Shown: positions 23,356-35,808, counted from the first letter of the whole stretch. The stretch: 48,154 bases of DNA, filler included, from Trypethelium eluteriae (GCA_051942245.1; 2 parts of 2 records of this genome joined end to end with filler, not necessarily neighbours in it); one strand, 5' to 3'. Numbers and translations: made by a program. Notes: generated from the sequence alone by a model not told the origin.

Positions 23356-23609
23356 TTTGCCGTGACATTGACTATTTGACAGGAAGAAACCGTGGAGTAT
23401 TCAGCAAATACCTCGAAGTACACGAAATTCGAGGTTTTGACGCCGAGGCGAGGGCCTGATCACGGCGAAGCCACCACAGCGCGTAAACGGAAACGCTCAC
23501 CATGCTTTTTCGGGCCGGGCAGGCCCAGAATAGTATTTAGTGTAAGTCCTGTTCCTGTCATAGGGAAGAAAAAAAGTATGAAGATTCTTAGGCTTTCAGA
23601 GAGTAATTG

Positions 23610-23633
23610 TTTTTTTTTTTTTTTTTTTTTTTT
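23610..23633 (+). repeat. Poly(T)24 homopolymer
   Basis: 24 consecutive T, upstream of the SesA-like gene. Confidence 0.95.
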
Positions 23634-24070
23634 CACTTGGTCAGCTTTGTATGTGGTTGTCGTGGTGAAGTCAGCTAGCTAGAGGCCGAAGCGGCATTCT
23701 ATTATACCTTATGTATTAGTATCCGTACTCCGTACAATACTCCGTGCAGGGATGATACGAGCCGACGGACGTGGAGTGTTTTTGACGTCATATTCTTCGA
23801 TTGAAGTGAACATCAACACACCGAACACACGACAATCCAAAGTAGTCGAGTTTAGCTTGACAAAAAATCACCCATCCCTAACATGAACGAAATGCCAACA
23901 TAGAAACACGCTCTGAGACTTTGGACTACCAAAAAAAAGTTTGTCGTTCCCATCTTCTCCGACCTCTACGCTGCTCCTACCCCACCAAACCCTCGAGCAA
24001 CATCCCACCCGACTCCCACTCTCTTCAACCAACAATCCCCATATACCTACTCAGCATGTTCGGCCTCATC

Positions 24071-24170
24071 NNNNNNNNNNNNNNNNNNNNNNNNNNNNNN
24101 NNNNNNNNNNNNNNTTAATTAATTAANNNNNNNNNNNNNNNNNNNNNNNNNNNNNNNNNNNNNNNNNNNN
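24071..24170. other. Artificial contig-joining linker (N44-TTAATTAATTAA-N44, six-frame stop spacer)
   Basis: Exactly 100 nt, with symmetric N runs around a 12-mer that places stops in all six frames. Confidence 0.97.
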
Positions 24171-25117
24171 AGTGTAGGGGGTCGAGGGAGGGACTGTCGC
24201 TTAGGTAGTCATCGTCGTTGTCATCGATTGGTAAAGGAGCGTTTGAGGAGGGCTCGGCTATACTGTATCGTGGCATGATCCCTAATTGGATCGTCCCAAA
24301 GCCGGCGTGGGTTGCGGAGAAGTTGAACTGGGGATCAACGTGTACGCCGTGTGAGACAATACCAAACATATAAGCGGGACGGGTGGTTTCGTCCGGGAAT
24401 ACTCTCTCATTGACTTCGTCCATGACGCCCATGCCATTCTGTAGAAAGCAGATTGTGGAGTTGACGGTCAGGCGGTGGCGTAGGCCTAGAAGCGAGGAGA
24501 CGGTCTGGTATGTCTTGACACAAACAATGAGATTATGAATGGGCTCATCCGACTCATATCCTGGTCGCGACCGGCCTGATCCCTTTCCCGAATTACCTTT
24601 CTCTTGCTCTGTATTCGTTTCTGCACTGACCTCCCCTTCACTTGTCGCGTCCTCTCCACAGTTCGGTCGGAAGCTATTTGCTTTGACTATTCTTCCATGC
24701 TCGATTTCTGGAGATATAGATAGTTCGATGTCGTAACCCATCTTAGCCTCGGTGATTCCATCCGTTGTAATTTTGATGCTCTCATCTTCTTGTCTCCAAG
24801 CTTCAATAAGTCCTCTCCTGTGGAATATGAGGGTCACTGGAGGCGGATTGGAAATGCTTCGAAGACAGTGGGCTACAAGTTTTCCAACACTTCCCGTACC
24901 GAGTACATGTATGCGTCGCGATACGTGGGACAAGGGCTGATAGGCGTAGACACCCGGAATGAATCTTCGCGGTCGTTCCTCTCGAGTCTCGGACTCGCTT
25001 TCGTCCTCACTAATTTCATAAGCACTACGATTTAAGGGGCCAGAGCGGATGCAATTATCACACTTACTCGCGTCGCCACCAACCCTTCTGCTGCCTTGAA
25101 GAATGTGAGAAGGTCAT
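24171..25117 (-). CDS. Ketopantoate reductase (ApbA/PanE) family protein, 3' truncated by the gap; start uncertain
   Basis: RIHVLGTGSVGKLVAH, PIHNLIVCVKT, STICFLQNGMG, GIVSHGV, HAGFGTIQLG. Upstream intron about 25066-25024. Confidence 0.88.
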
Positions 25118-25433
25118 GCGGAAGTAGCCAATGCTACCTTGGAAGCATGATAAAACCCGTGACGGTCCTCGCCAGAGAAGCCGCGAGGGCGTTACTAAAG
25201 GTGTAAGGAGCGACAGGATGGAAAGCCAATGACATCTATCTCTTCGACAAAGATAATTACAATACAAGAGGGGATAGAATATTTTCGTCGCTCGCGAGCT
25301 CGGAGTTTTGTCGATGCCGTCATTGTTTGGGGGATTAGAGCTTACCTTAGTCATCCCCGCGATTGATCCTAGATATCTTCACTTCCGCTCACCGCGATCG
25401 ACGCAGGTTTCGTCAACCTCGACAGATTCAATT

Positions 25434-26097
25434 ATGGCGCAATTGAACGCTGTTCAGTCCGCTCGAGACTCTCTCGACGCGACAGACATCGGCTCACTGC
25501 TAGACGGACTCGAGGGCAACATTGACAAACTCGAAGCAGCACTGGACCCAGTCGTCAGTCAAGCTCTATCCGAAACTACGAACAAAATGCCAGTACTCGA
25601 CAAGGCAAAGTTTTACATCTTCGTTACATATGCTATCGAATCCATACTATTCTGTGAGTCCATCTACAACTGTTGTCTATCTCCTCGACTCCACAGCTAC
25701 TTTCAGACAATCGACGCTAACAACACTTTCAGCCTACCTCCGTTTGAAAGGTACTAATGCCAAGGAACATCCAGTCTTCAGCGAGCTCGCTCGCGTGAAA
25801 CAATACTTCCAAAAAGTCTACAAAGTCGAGAACCCCGACCCTCCCGAGACGAGCAAACCAAAGTTGACCGTGGACAAAGATGCCGCGCGGCGATTCGTGA
25901 CGGCGGGTGTGCGACAGGCCCGTTATGAGGAATCGCCTGAAGATGCCGAGATCAAGAGGAAGTGGAACAAGCGGGCAGCGCAGGAGGAGAAAGCAGACAG
26001 AGCAGAAAGAAGAGAGCAGAAGAAGCGAAGGCTGACGGTCGAGAAATGGATGAAGAATGTGCCTGGGAGTGATGTGGGACCTCCTTCGGCCTCGTGA
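25434..26097 (+). CDS. RRP47: C1D/Rrp47 (Lrp1) exosome cofactor, Sas10/Utp3/C1D family, 2 exons
   Basis: LDKAKFYIFVTYAIESILFSYLRLKG...KEHPVFSELARVKQYFQK, VDKDAARRFV, basic tail. Intron 25654-25733. Confidence 0.88.
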
Positions 26098-27193
26098 TCC
26101 TACACATTCCCTCGGCGTTTGGTTCCGGATGGGATAGATGAAGTTCGAGATACCCCAAGGCAATGATCTCTGGCGTTGATTATAGGCTGAGTGACCTCCC
26201 TTTTCAGTACTGGGGCTTTTAAGGTGTATTCCAAGAGCTTTGAAGTCTCTTTTCACTTTCACAGTCCTCAGGCAAGTACTACGGAGGATTTGTCAAGATT
26301 TATTGCATTCCCTCATTTGCTGCGTGTAATGATTTAATATCTTACGCGCCGCCCTCGTGCTGTTCTCCTGCGACTTAATTGAAGTCTTGCAACCCGCTTT
26401 TAAACGAGATGTCTTCCATAGGCAGTGTTCGTTGTTGCGGTGGCGTAAAATTGGCGATCATTGAAGTGAAGCTTTTGCGATGACTCCTCCCTTGGCTGTC
26501 GCCAGAATCGTGTTTCTCCGTACACGTGATGGAGCAAAAGAGCCAAAATCTACATTCCCAGAACACATATTCGTTCTCTGTCCTTTTCCTGAGGAAAACG
26601 TCTGTTATAGGCTGTTGCACGGCTTTCTAATCTTTGGAGGGTTGATGTTCTGCACAATTGAAGCTCGCGGAGCGTATCTGCATACTTCGTATTAGTATAT
26701 GATCCTACCTAGGTACTGACTCAAACGACTTTGGGACAAAGAAGATTGCGAGGCCAAACGTAGTGACGGTCATAAACATGATAAAGACCAAGGTCTATCC
26801 CCATCGCCCATACGTGGGGATAAGATTCTTCCTACATATTTGGCCGAGATACAATCCAAGTCTGCTTACGAAGAACCCCAGAGATTATCCGAGAAGCTTT
26901 AGAGGTGCGACGAGCATCACTTACCCAATACTTAATGGATGGCCAAATCCCATGCTTCCGGGTTGAAGAGCGCCGATCAAATAGGTTTCCCTGACTCTTG
27001 AGACTGTCAGTCACATTTTTGGAGACGCTCTCATGGCTAAAAGCTCAACCAGATATATACACTCCATAACAAAAATTCTGTCAAGATCTATACCGAGCTA
27101 TGATTGACTTATGGTAAGATGGCTATCAGCGTAAATTTCACGAGTGCCTCTTTCGAACATCCTGCCACACAACTCCTTTAGCTGGGGCGGCCA

Positions 27194-28430
27194 TTATGGC
27201 TTTCCCTTCCAAACTCTGGTGAGAAAGTCCTCAATTTTGTTGAAACTGTAATCAGGAAACAGCTGATTCAGTTCATCTGACACATCGCAAGCACCCTTTA
27301 TGCTACTGAGAAGGATGCCGATAGACACCGTCTTCCCAAAACCGGCATACTGCTCTTCGGAAACAGCTGGATGTCGTTTTTCTAATGCCCATGATGTGTT
27401 CAGGGTTCCGGATTCCAAATCCTCTTTCTTAGCGTTGTCGACAGTAAATGGACGGCCTACCATAATCTCATGTTAACAAGACTTGATGTTCTGTTAGGGT
27501 GAGCAATAGTAGAAGCACACCTCGAATTTTCTCGCCGATCTGAATAACTTGAGAGAATGTCACTCTATTGCCCCTGATGCCGCCAATCTCAGGCCACTCG
27601 CCCTCATAGTCGACTGCTCTAGCGACAATAGCAGCAACGTCACCAACCGTGGTTAGCGTCATAATGGCATCCTCATGGCCGTCTACCACGATCGCACGGC
27701 CATTATAATAGTCAAAGACGCTTTGCAGCGGGTCGACGTGCTTTGCTGTTTTGTAGGGAAAGGCAAGGTAGTCTAAGAATAGCCCGGGCTGGAAAAGGAT
27801 GTATTCAAGGACCTGTGAGAACGTTAGGCTTAGGCCTGCATGAAGGTTATGTCGTAACGTCTCACTTTTTTGTTCCTGTTGACCTTTCTCAGATACTCCC
27901 TGGTATTCTCTTTCCCAGCCCACCAGGGCATATTGATCGTGCCAGCACTACGGATCCATCAGCTGCAACCTCACAACGGATACGTCACTGTCCGAGATAG
28001 ATTACCTTCCATACTCGCTCGGCGCGAAGCGTTTCACGCCAGCAGCAATTGCAGCGTCGATGAGATTCTTCTGCGACCTGCCTTCCGGATCTGAAAGGAG
28101 CTGAAGAAAGGATAAAAGAGTGTGAGTTCCTCGCAAAGCTTCTACCAAATCACCCTGGTCGTCATAATTTACAACACGCCAACGAACCCCTGACGGAGCG
28201 TCTTTCAAAGAAGCCTCCTAAGCTCTGTCAGCGATAAGTAGTGTGGTGTAAGAGAGTAGAGAGGATGCTCACACTCCTGCTCAAGATGGCGATATAGTGT
28301 TTATTTGTAGCGAGTAAAGTATCGATTACTTCCCTAGCAACCTCTAGAAGATAAGTTAGTGTGGTTTGTTTTTGCCTTGAATTCGCAATGGCGCACGCCC
28401 TGAGCCGCCTGCTACGGCTATTTTGACCAT
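27194..28430 (-). CDS. NmrA-like NAD(P)-binding protein, multi-exon
   Basis: MVKIAVAGGSGQVAREVID, QKNLIDAAIAAGVKRFAPSEY, LEYILFQPGLFLDYL, TTVGDVAAIVARAV. Confidence 0.92.
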
Positions 28431-28706
28431 TGTGTCTATGCAAGAATAAAGGTTCGACCCGAGTCTTGAAATAGCGACGTGATACCGGTTAAGTGCAAAT
28501 TTTCGAAAGCAATTTTTGGAGCGACGGACATGAGAGAGCAAAGGAAGTATTTATATTTGCCTGATATCTTGGCTATGAAGATCTACCAAAAACTAAGATC
28601 GTTCTTTTACGATGACAATGTCTCGCATAGCTAGCTTCATCCATTGGGTCTACGACCGCGGACCTCTCTTCTGCTATGTTGCAGAGGTATCTGCCCAGCC
28701 ATCGCT

Positions 28707-28859
28707 CGTCCGCCGCGGCGGACGTAGCAATGCGGCATCGCCGCCATGTTACAGTATTAACTTACTCTTCTGTCCACTCCACCACGGCCGTGGCAACGAT
28801 CCGCACTGGGCAGGATATTTTGTTATCTTCTCGCGATTCGTCTTGTACCGCCGAGGCGG
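28707..28859. promoter_or_regulatory. CGG-rich palindromes in the NmrA/Zn2Cys6 divergent promoter
   Basis: Perfect 18-bp palindrome CGTCCGCCGCGGCGGACG (28707-28724), perfect 12-bp CCACGGCCGTGG (28782-28793), near-palindrome CCGCCGAGGCGG (28848-28859). Confidence 0.5.
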
Positions 28860-28876
28860 GTATCTCTCAGGATGCA

Positions 28877-31259
28877 ATGGAAGAAAAACGCGCCAACCGC
28901 GAGACGGAAGGGCCACCGGCACTCAAGAAAAGGAAGGTCCGCAAAGGCACTCAAAGTTGCTGGGAGTGCAAGCGACGCAAGATCCGATGTACCTTTGTGA
29001 CCCTGAATGAATCAATCTGTGACGGATGCAGGAGCCGTCGAGTCAAGTGCATCAGTCAAGAATTTCCTGAGGCAGAAGTGGCAAATAGTAAGCCGGACAG
29101 ATACAGGCTAGACCGGCGTGACCGAGTCGAAGCGTTGGTCGAGCAACTGGCCGAACAAGCTGTTCCTAATCCACCGAGCTGGCTACCCCATGAAACGCAA
29201 GATAGCACGAGGAAGACAACAGTGAGTATCTATCTCTTGTCGCAGAGCTTCGTGCTTGCATCAGTTCTCATGGAAGAAATAGTGTAGTATCGGTAGCGAT
29301 ACGCGGAATGCTTCTGCATTTCCGAATACCTCAGTTTCTGGTACCCAAACTTGTGCAGGCCCGAACATTCAGACCAAACGGGGATACGATGAACTATGCA
29401 GCACCCTCCTTGCTGCGTGGCCTAGCCAGCATGAGCTCGATCTCATGACGAGCTTCACCGTCGGGATCTCAGCGCTCTTCCACGGCATAGTGTGCATACC
29501 GTACTCTAGTTTCCTAAGCAGGAAAATGCCGTCTCAACAAGAAATTCTGCGGCTGCCTCCCCCAGGATCCCATCCGGTTCTTATAGCCCGCAAGCTCTTG
29601 CTCCTAGGCTCTTTCCTCCAAAGCATCCCGTCAGGAGCTGTCAAACATCCTGGCAGGCTGGACGTAAAATACCGTGAAGTCATGTCTCACGCTGTCGAGA
29701 CAGCGAGCAGATTAGTGACCAGCAACGACGACCTCGTTGGTTCACTCGAGGGCATTGAATGCATTATGATTGAGAGTATGTATCAGAATAACGCGGGAAA
29801 CCTCCGACGTGCTTGGCTTACAAACCGTCGAGCCATGGCAATAGCTCAGATGATGGGACTGCATCTGGGTAACCCGCCGGCGGTCAACATGCTTGACATC
29901 GAAACCCAAGAGCGTATCGACCCGGAGTACATGTGGCTCCGCTTAGTAATGTCAGACCGTTATCTCTCCTTAATGCTCGGCCTACCGCCAGGCTCTCAAG
30001 AAAGTCCCTTTGCCACTCCAAACGCTCTGAAGGGCTGCGCGCCTATGGAACGAATGGAGCGAATCGACGTGGTCGTCGGTGGGCTCATTCTTCAGCGCAA
30101 CAGAGAGAATTTACACAATCTTGAAGCAACATATGAGATCGACAAGTTGTTACAGGACGCTGCTGCCTCAATGCCACCTGAGTGGTGGCTTACTCCTGAT
30201 GCTAACACTATCGCCGGCTTTAATGCAGACGCATATAGCGAAAGCATTCGCATCACCCTCCAGTTTGCGCACTTTCATTTACTCGCACACCTACACCTGC
30301 CGTACATGCTGCGACCCTCAGCTGATCGAAAGTACGACTATAGCAAAATCACGGCTGTGAATGCTAGCCGCGAGATACTTTCGCGCTTTGTGTGTTTCCG
30401 TGGCTCGAATACGACCCCCGCCTATTGTCGTGGTATTGATTTCCTTGCCTTGATCGCAAGTACGACAATGTGTCTCGCCCACATCGACGCTCGCGGGCAA
30501 TATGGGATCGATACGAGCAACTGTATGACAGTCTTTCATTTTCTTGCCCACCAGCGGCTTGGCGATCGCGGACTTATGGAACGTACGCTCCAGATTATGG
30601 AGAAGATGGTTCAGGCTAATGGTGACGCCATAGCCTGCAAGATTGCTAGTATCCTACGACGTCTGCTCACCATTGAGGCGGCCGCTGCCAAAGGCAGCTA
30701 CTACAATGCTAGTGTTTCCTCCCAGTCTGGCGAGCAGGACCTCATGAGTTGTGGCAACGGGAATGATGGTGTTGATACGTTATGTGTCAATATCCCACAC
30801 TTTGGGACTGTCAAAATTGAGCATGGTGGTGGTTTAAGATATGGAGAGTTGGTGCATGGACCTTGTGAAGAGCACGCTAGGCCTAGGTCGGTGTCGAAGG
30901 CATCACACTCAGGCATAGGGTACTGCGTCGAGTTGAGATCACCTCCGAATTGTGCAGGACAAGAACGAAGACGGGAAGACACACCTTCGACGGCGTCTTT
31001 CGCCGGCCATCAAATTGGTAATCAGTCTGTGCACGCCGACTGGCAGGCGGTGCCGTCTAACCTGGACTTCATGAGGTCAGCCGAAGAGTCCCAAGCAACT
31101 ACAAGCGATCAAGGATTCCTAGACTTAAACGACTGTCCTCTCGACGCAGAACGGCCGATAGTACCAGGACTATCAGCGGAGGAAGATGACTGGATATTAC
31201 AGGGTGTGGATCTAGCCTTGTATGACAGCCTATTTGAAGGGTGGGGGACCGAGCCGTAA
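28877..31259 (+). CDS. Zn(II)2Cys6 transcription factor with middle homology region
   Basis: RKGTQSCWECKRRKIRC...CDGCRSRRVKC; GNLRRAWLTNRRAMAIAQMMGLH, DRYLSLMLGLP. Intron 29222-29282 is in frame. Confidence 0.92.
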
Positions 31260-32171
31260 GGAGAGAGGAACCTCAGACATGGCAGGAACTACCCGTCTGG
31301 TTAGGATACGGAGACATGTCTGCGAATGGTCATCGAAACATTTTTTCACACGATGAAGCCAAGGTCCGGAGGTCAACCAATCAGCATGAAAATCTCCTTC
31401 CCTGAAGGACAAATCTGCGGAAGTCCTGAGAAGGCACAACGATGACCCACATTCCGGTGCACCATGAATTATTTGACTGGCTGGGTTATGCAAGTCTTTC
31501 GAGACATAGTCTAAATGACCATTCCACCATTTGTTGTTGCCGCGACTGTGAATCGCTACGTGCCGTCGTCCCATCTCCGACCCTCAAGCACGACTTCAGA
31601 AGATCTTTCAGTTTGAAGAGATGGGTCAGCTGGAGCAGATGGAACAAATCTACCTGTACGTACCCACAAAACTGCCGTCCTCTTTGAGTAACTCGTGACA
31701 AGGAGAAGGTGTACTGGGAATTCCGGGTGATCGTTAGATATTTTCTCACCTTTTGCTGAGTCGCTGTCTATTTTACTAGAGCCTGATAACCTTGTCCAGA
31801 CCCAGAATTTGGTCTTTGGCGAGCTCACTTTGGGTGAGAAAGCACAACATGAGCCCTTTGGACTTGATAATCCAGCTTCATATAAATCCTACTCAAAAGC
31901 AGTCTGGATATACTGTCAGGATCAAATTTCCTCGAGAGAATATATGCGATTGGAGCTATGAAGGGGAAATGCGACGAGATCTAAACTTAGCACTTCTCCC
32001 ACTGGCTCAAGGCCCTCTGTTTGGTGAACGGGCTCTCCAAGGTCGCTGATTGTTTGGGCAGATTGCAATCACTGGTGCTAGTCAGTCTCATGCCAGGCTT
32101 GGCTACAGAGAGAGTTTGGCGCCGATATCAACAGGCAAACAACGCAACACATTTATCATCATTTTTTAAAG

Positions 32172-33146
32172 CTAAGTGTAGGGACAGAAGATCTCCTCAC
32201 GAATCACTGTATCCTCGAGCCACAACTTCCACCTTCCTAGCCAAATTCTATCGACTGTATCGTTTTCAGCTGGTGGGACATACATTATGTCGTCATTCAC
32301 ATTAACTTCTACAATTGCCCGTGCCCCCCAGGCAGCATATGGTGTGCTGGGGGTTGGTTGGACACCGTATGACTGTTGACGAGGGCGTACAATATATCCT
32401 ATAACTTCAGGCGGCTGCCCAAAAAGATCGTGTAGGTTTCGACTAAGCTGATCGATCTTCCGCTGCCATCGCAGAACTGCCCCAGGTCCGCGCGGCGTAA
32501 AAATAAAGACCTGCGGCCCGTGTTCGGCAGCCAAAAGGTGCCCTGGCTCCCTAAGGTCCTGCAGTCCGAGCCCATATCTTCTGTTTACTTGTCTTCGAAG
32601 GGCGCCAAAGCCTAGTCGGTAGAAAGTTCGATCATCCCGCTCAATATTTTGGCGGTCCTTAAAGACGGGTACTTCCGGGATAATTGAAAGAGAGACACCT
32701 ATCCGGGATATTATTATAATAGCGGTGTAATCAAACATCGCTCTGACTCCCATAGCAGTTCCTCCTTCGGTAGGAAATCGGAATTGTGTACTTCTGGCCC
32801 TCCTCTCACTCTCGGAGTGCTCTCTCTGTGAGAGCCATTGGCTGTTCCGAGAAATAAATTTACCGAGCCAGATGATCCTATCTCGCGGACCATCAAACAC
32901 TCGCTTTTGCAGATTGTTCGTACTTGATTCGTTGAACTCAGCCGCTTCCGGAATCGTACAATTGTTAATACTGCCAGGCTCGGATTGGTTTTGGGGCGCG
33001 GCACTGTACTGTGGGAGGTAAGTATTATTGGACACACATCGCGCGTGATTGCTTAATATTGGGATGTGAGGGACTATAGCACCTAGCGCTGTGGTAATAA
33101 GCGCAAGGTAGCAGATGAGTCTATCCTGGGGAAATAAGATAACCAT
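32172..33146 (-). CDS. Putative secreted Kex2-processed protein, degenerate CNF1/CheD/YfiH-like deamidase motif
   Basis: Signal-like MVILFPQDRLICYLALITTALGA, LQKR site, motif AMFDYTAIIIISRIGVSLSIIPEVPVF. Single exon. Confidence 0.6.
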   Translation of the reverse strand: MVILFPQDRLICYLALITTALGAIVPHIPILSNHARCVSNNTYLPQYSAAPQNQSEPGSINNCTIPEAAEFNESSTNNLQKRVFDGPRDRIIWLGKFISRNSQWLSQREHSESERRARSTQFRFPTEGGTAMGVRAMFDYTAIIIISRIGVSLSIIPEVPVFKDRQNIERDDRTFYRLGFGALRRQVNRRYGLGLQDLREPGHLLAAEHGPQVFIFTPRGPGAVLRWQRKIDQLSRNLHDLFGQPPEVIGYIVRPRQQSYGVQPTPSTPYAAWGARAIVEVNVNDDIMYVPPAENDTVDRIWLGRWKLWLEDTVIREEIFCPYT

Positions 33147-34066
33147 TCTACGAGAGCGAATGTAGAGAGGTAGGTAAGTTTGAATAGTGACACGGAGCTT
33201 GAAAAGGCGGAAAGCAGAGTTGGAGAGATGGACTGTAAAATGCATCCTGATCTCAGTAATGCTTAGGAGACCTACATGACTACAACATAATAGATTCGTA
33301 TTGAGAAATGTGGCATCTAAACCGTGAATATTACATTTCGAAGGCCATGGGTGACGTATTCCCTAGGTAGGTATGAAGCAGGGCCGTTCCGCACGGCTCA
33401 TAGAGTAAAAACCCTTGAAAACTGGGCTGCCTTCACAATTATCCTTGTTTCATACCTGCAAAACTCCACTGTATCCAGCTAAAATCTACTTGTATGCATT
33501 TAGTATTGTAGTGCATATTTATGACCGTAGCCAATCAAAGAGTTTGTGAAGTACAGCCCACAGTAGCCTGACAAGGATAGGATCGGTAGTGCCGTTACTC
33601 TAGCAGACCTGATGCTGAAGCAAAACCGTGGCAAATGCCAATCTGCTGAGCACGACCAAACGATAGATGCTGAGTCAAGTCACCGATCGCCACACGAGTC
33701 CATATCAGTTAGGGTCTGACGGGCGCATAAGCCAGACTATAGAATATATCTTGGCATGCTTGGACAGCACTTGCAAGTTGGAGGCTGGCATTCGGATGCG
33801 CCGAAATGGAATGTACACAATTTGACGTATGGTGTCCCCTACGAATTGCCTATAATAGTCGTAATACGCCTAAAATTGTCGTTAGTGCAGCCCCGAGTGG
33901 AACATGAGAGCGTCGCGAGCTGTAGGCGGAGAAAGTATTGGCTCGGTCTTCGATGTGGATGAGTGATGTGCTTGGCAAGGGACCCCTGCCCGTACCTTAC
34001 CTAGAGTCCCTTACTTCAATTATCCACCTGGAATCCTGAGCGACTTCAGCACCGCCTGTGATCTTC

Positions 34067-35037
34067 ATGACAATTATGTTGAAGCGTTCTTTGGCGCAGC
34101 GCAGCTGGTCTACAGCCAGATTCGGATCTCTGCTGGCTGCGCCCCCTGAGATTCGCCTCTTCTCCGTTCTCAATCGACCGCCTCCAAACTATGAAGGACA
34201 TGTTCCTCTTACTACGATTGAGAGAGGTGCTCTCGCTGTAGGCTCGGCGCTAGGTTCTCTTCTCAATCCTAGACGACATGGTACGATGTGCACAATCAAT
34301 ATCTCAATTCACTATATTTCTATCATGACATTCATTCTAGGCTTGCTAATATCATGAGCTCCACAGACCTTATAGCAGCACTTGGGGAAGCCACAGCAAC
34401 ACCCTACTTTATCTATCGCCTTCGAAATGCCATGCTTGCTTCGCCAACTGGCAGACGTATCCTTCGCGACCGTCCCCGTATCACCTCGCAAACTCTCTCA
34501 ATGCCGTATCTTCGTACTTTGCCTCCCAACACAGTTGGCCGGACTTACGCCGCCTGGCTTGATCGTGAAGGTGTCAGTCCTGATACTCGTGATCAGGTAC
34601 GATATATAGACAATGAGGAATGTGCCTACGTTATGCAGCGCTATCGCGAATGTCATGATTTTAGTCATGCCTTAACCGGGCTTCCAGTTTTTATAGAGGG
34701 TGAGATTGCGCTCAAGGGCTTCGAATACGCGAATACCTTGCTCCCTATGACAGGTCTGAGTTTGACAGCCGTCTTAAGATTGAAGAAAGCCGAGCGAGAG
34801 AGATTCTTCAGCACATATTTGCCCTGGGCGCTTGCAAATGGGTTCAAGGCTAAGGAGGTTATTAATGTTTATTGGGAAGAACAATTAGAGACAGACGTCG
34901 ATGATTTGAGGGCAGAGCTTGGCGTCGAAAAACCGCCGGATCTGCGTGACACAAGGAAGATGCTCAGGGAGAAGAGAAAGGCAGAAAAGGCAGCAAAAGA
35001 GGCCAAGGACCGAATCGGTGGATTGAAGGATGCATGA
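34067..35037 (+). CDS. COQ4: Ubiquinone biosynthesis protein COQ4, 2 exons
   Basis: Mitochondrial presequence, [37 protein letters not shown]...GEIALK (HDxxH...E motif). Intron 34281-34366. Confidence 0.97.
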
Positions 35038-35197
35038 AATATTCCAGCAATGCCATCTTGTGAAAACAGGGAAGAACATGTAAGAGCCCAAGTCCTGATG
35101 ATTTCTAGTCTGGATTTTCCCAACTCCGACCAATGCATTGTGAAGCCATAATTTGGGAGATCTTCATGGTTCTCTGCAAGCCACCTTGATCATGGTA

Positions 35198-35808
35198 TCA
35201 TAAATCCAGCAAATCATCGTCATCATCGTCATCCCAGCCTCCTCTCTTCCTCTGTACCTTTATAGTGCCAACGCTATCTCCGCCTCCCTCTCCGGAACCA
35301 TCAGCTCCTCCCTTTGCCCCTTGCTGCTCTGAAATAGCCGTCAAGATGTCTTTTAGCTGGTCTTCTGTGACTTTGCTTCGTAGCTGCCCCGAGCGCGCAA
35401 GCATGATAAGCCGATTCTCCACGTCCGTAGCTCGCGATTCGCGAACAAGTCGTATCCGGCCAAGACGATCAGCGGCGTCTGGGGTTAGGATTTGAGAAAG
35501 GATGTGTGAACGAGCTTCGGCTGCCAGACGAGTTCATCCATTAATATGCATTCAGTTTGCCAAACAGGACTTAATTACCTTCACGTTGTCTAGGTACCAA
35601 GAATTAATGACAAGAATTAGCCTGTCCGAGGAATTTTAAAGCTCACTTTTGTTGATCTTCCTGCCCTTCTTCTCCGCCAGCACCTCCGCCCCCGCCGCCT
35701 TGTTGCCTCAGTTGCTGAAGTCGCGCTCTTCTGATCTTTGAGGCTTTCGTTAGATATGTGCTAGAAAGGCAACACTTTGCTCACCTCTTCAAGGTCTGCA
35801 TCTGACAT
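35198..35808 (-). CDS. PDCD5: PDCD5/TFAR19 (Sdd2-like) double-stranded DNA-binding protein, 4 exons including an 11-nt micro-exon
   Basis: MSDADLEEIRRARLQQL...ILSQILTPDAADRLGRIRLV...VENRLIMLARSGQLRSKVTEDQL, acidic tail. Confidence 0.93.

Noticed and set aside
24115..24126. Palindromic TTAATTAATTAA as a biological element or piggyBac target site
   Set aside because: Centred in symmetric N runs; it is an assembly spacer.
28612..28876. Long upstream ORFs of the Zn2Cys6 gene
   Set aside because: GC-rich promoter/UTR sequence staying open by chance; ATG 28877 is the better start.
31260..32170. Possible gene relic between the TF and the secreted protein
   Set aside because: Fragments in several frames with no recognisable family; cannot be supported without a search.
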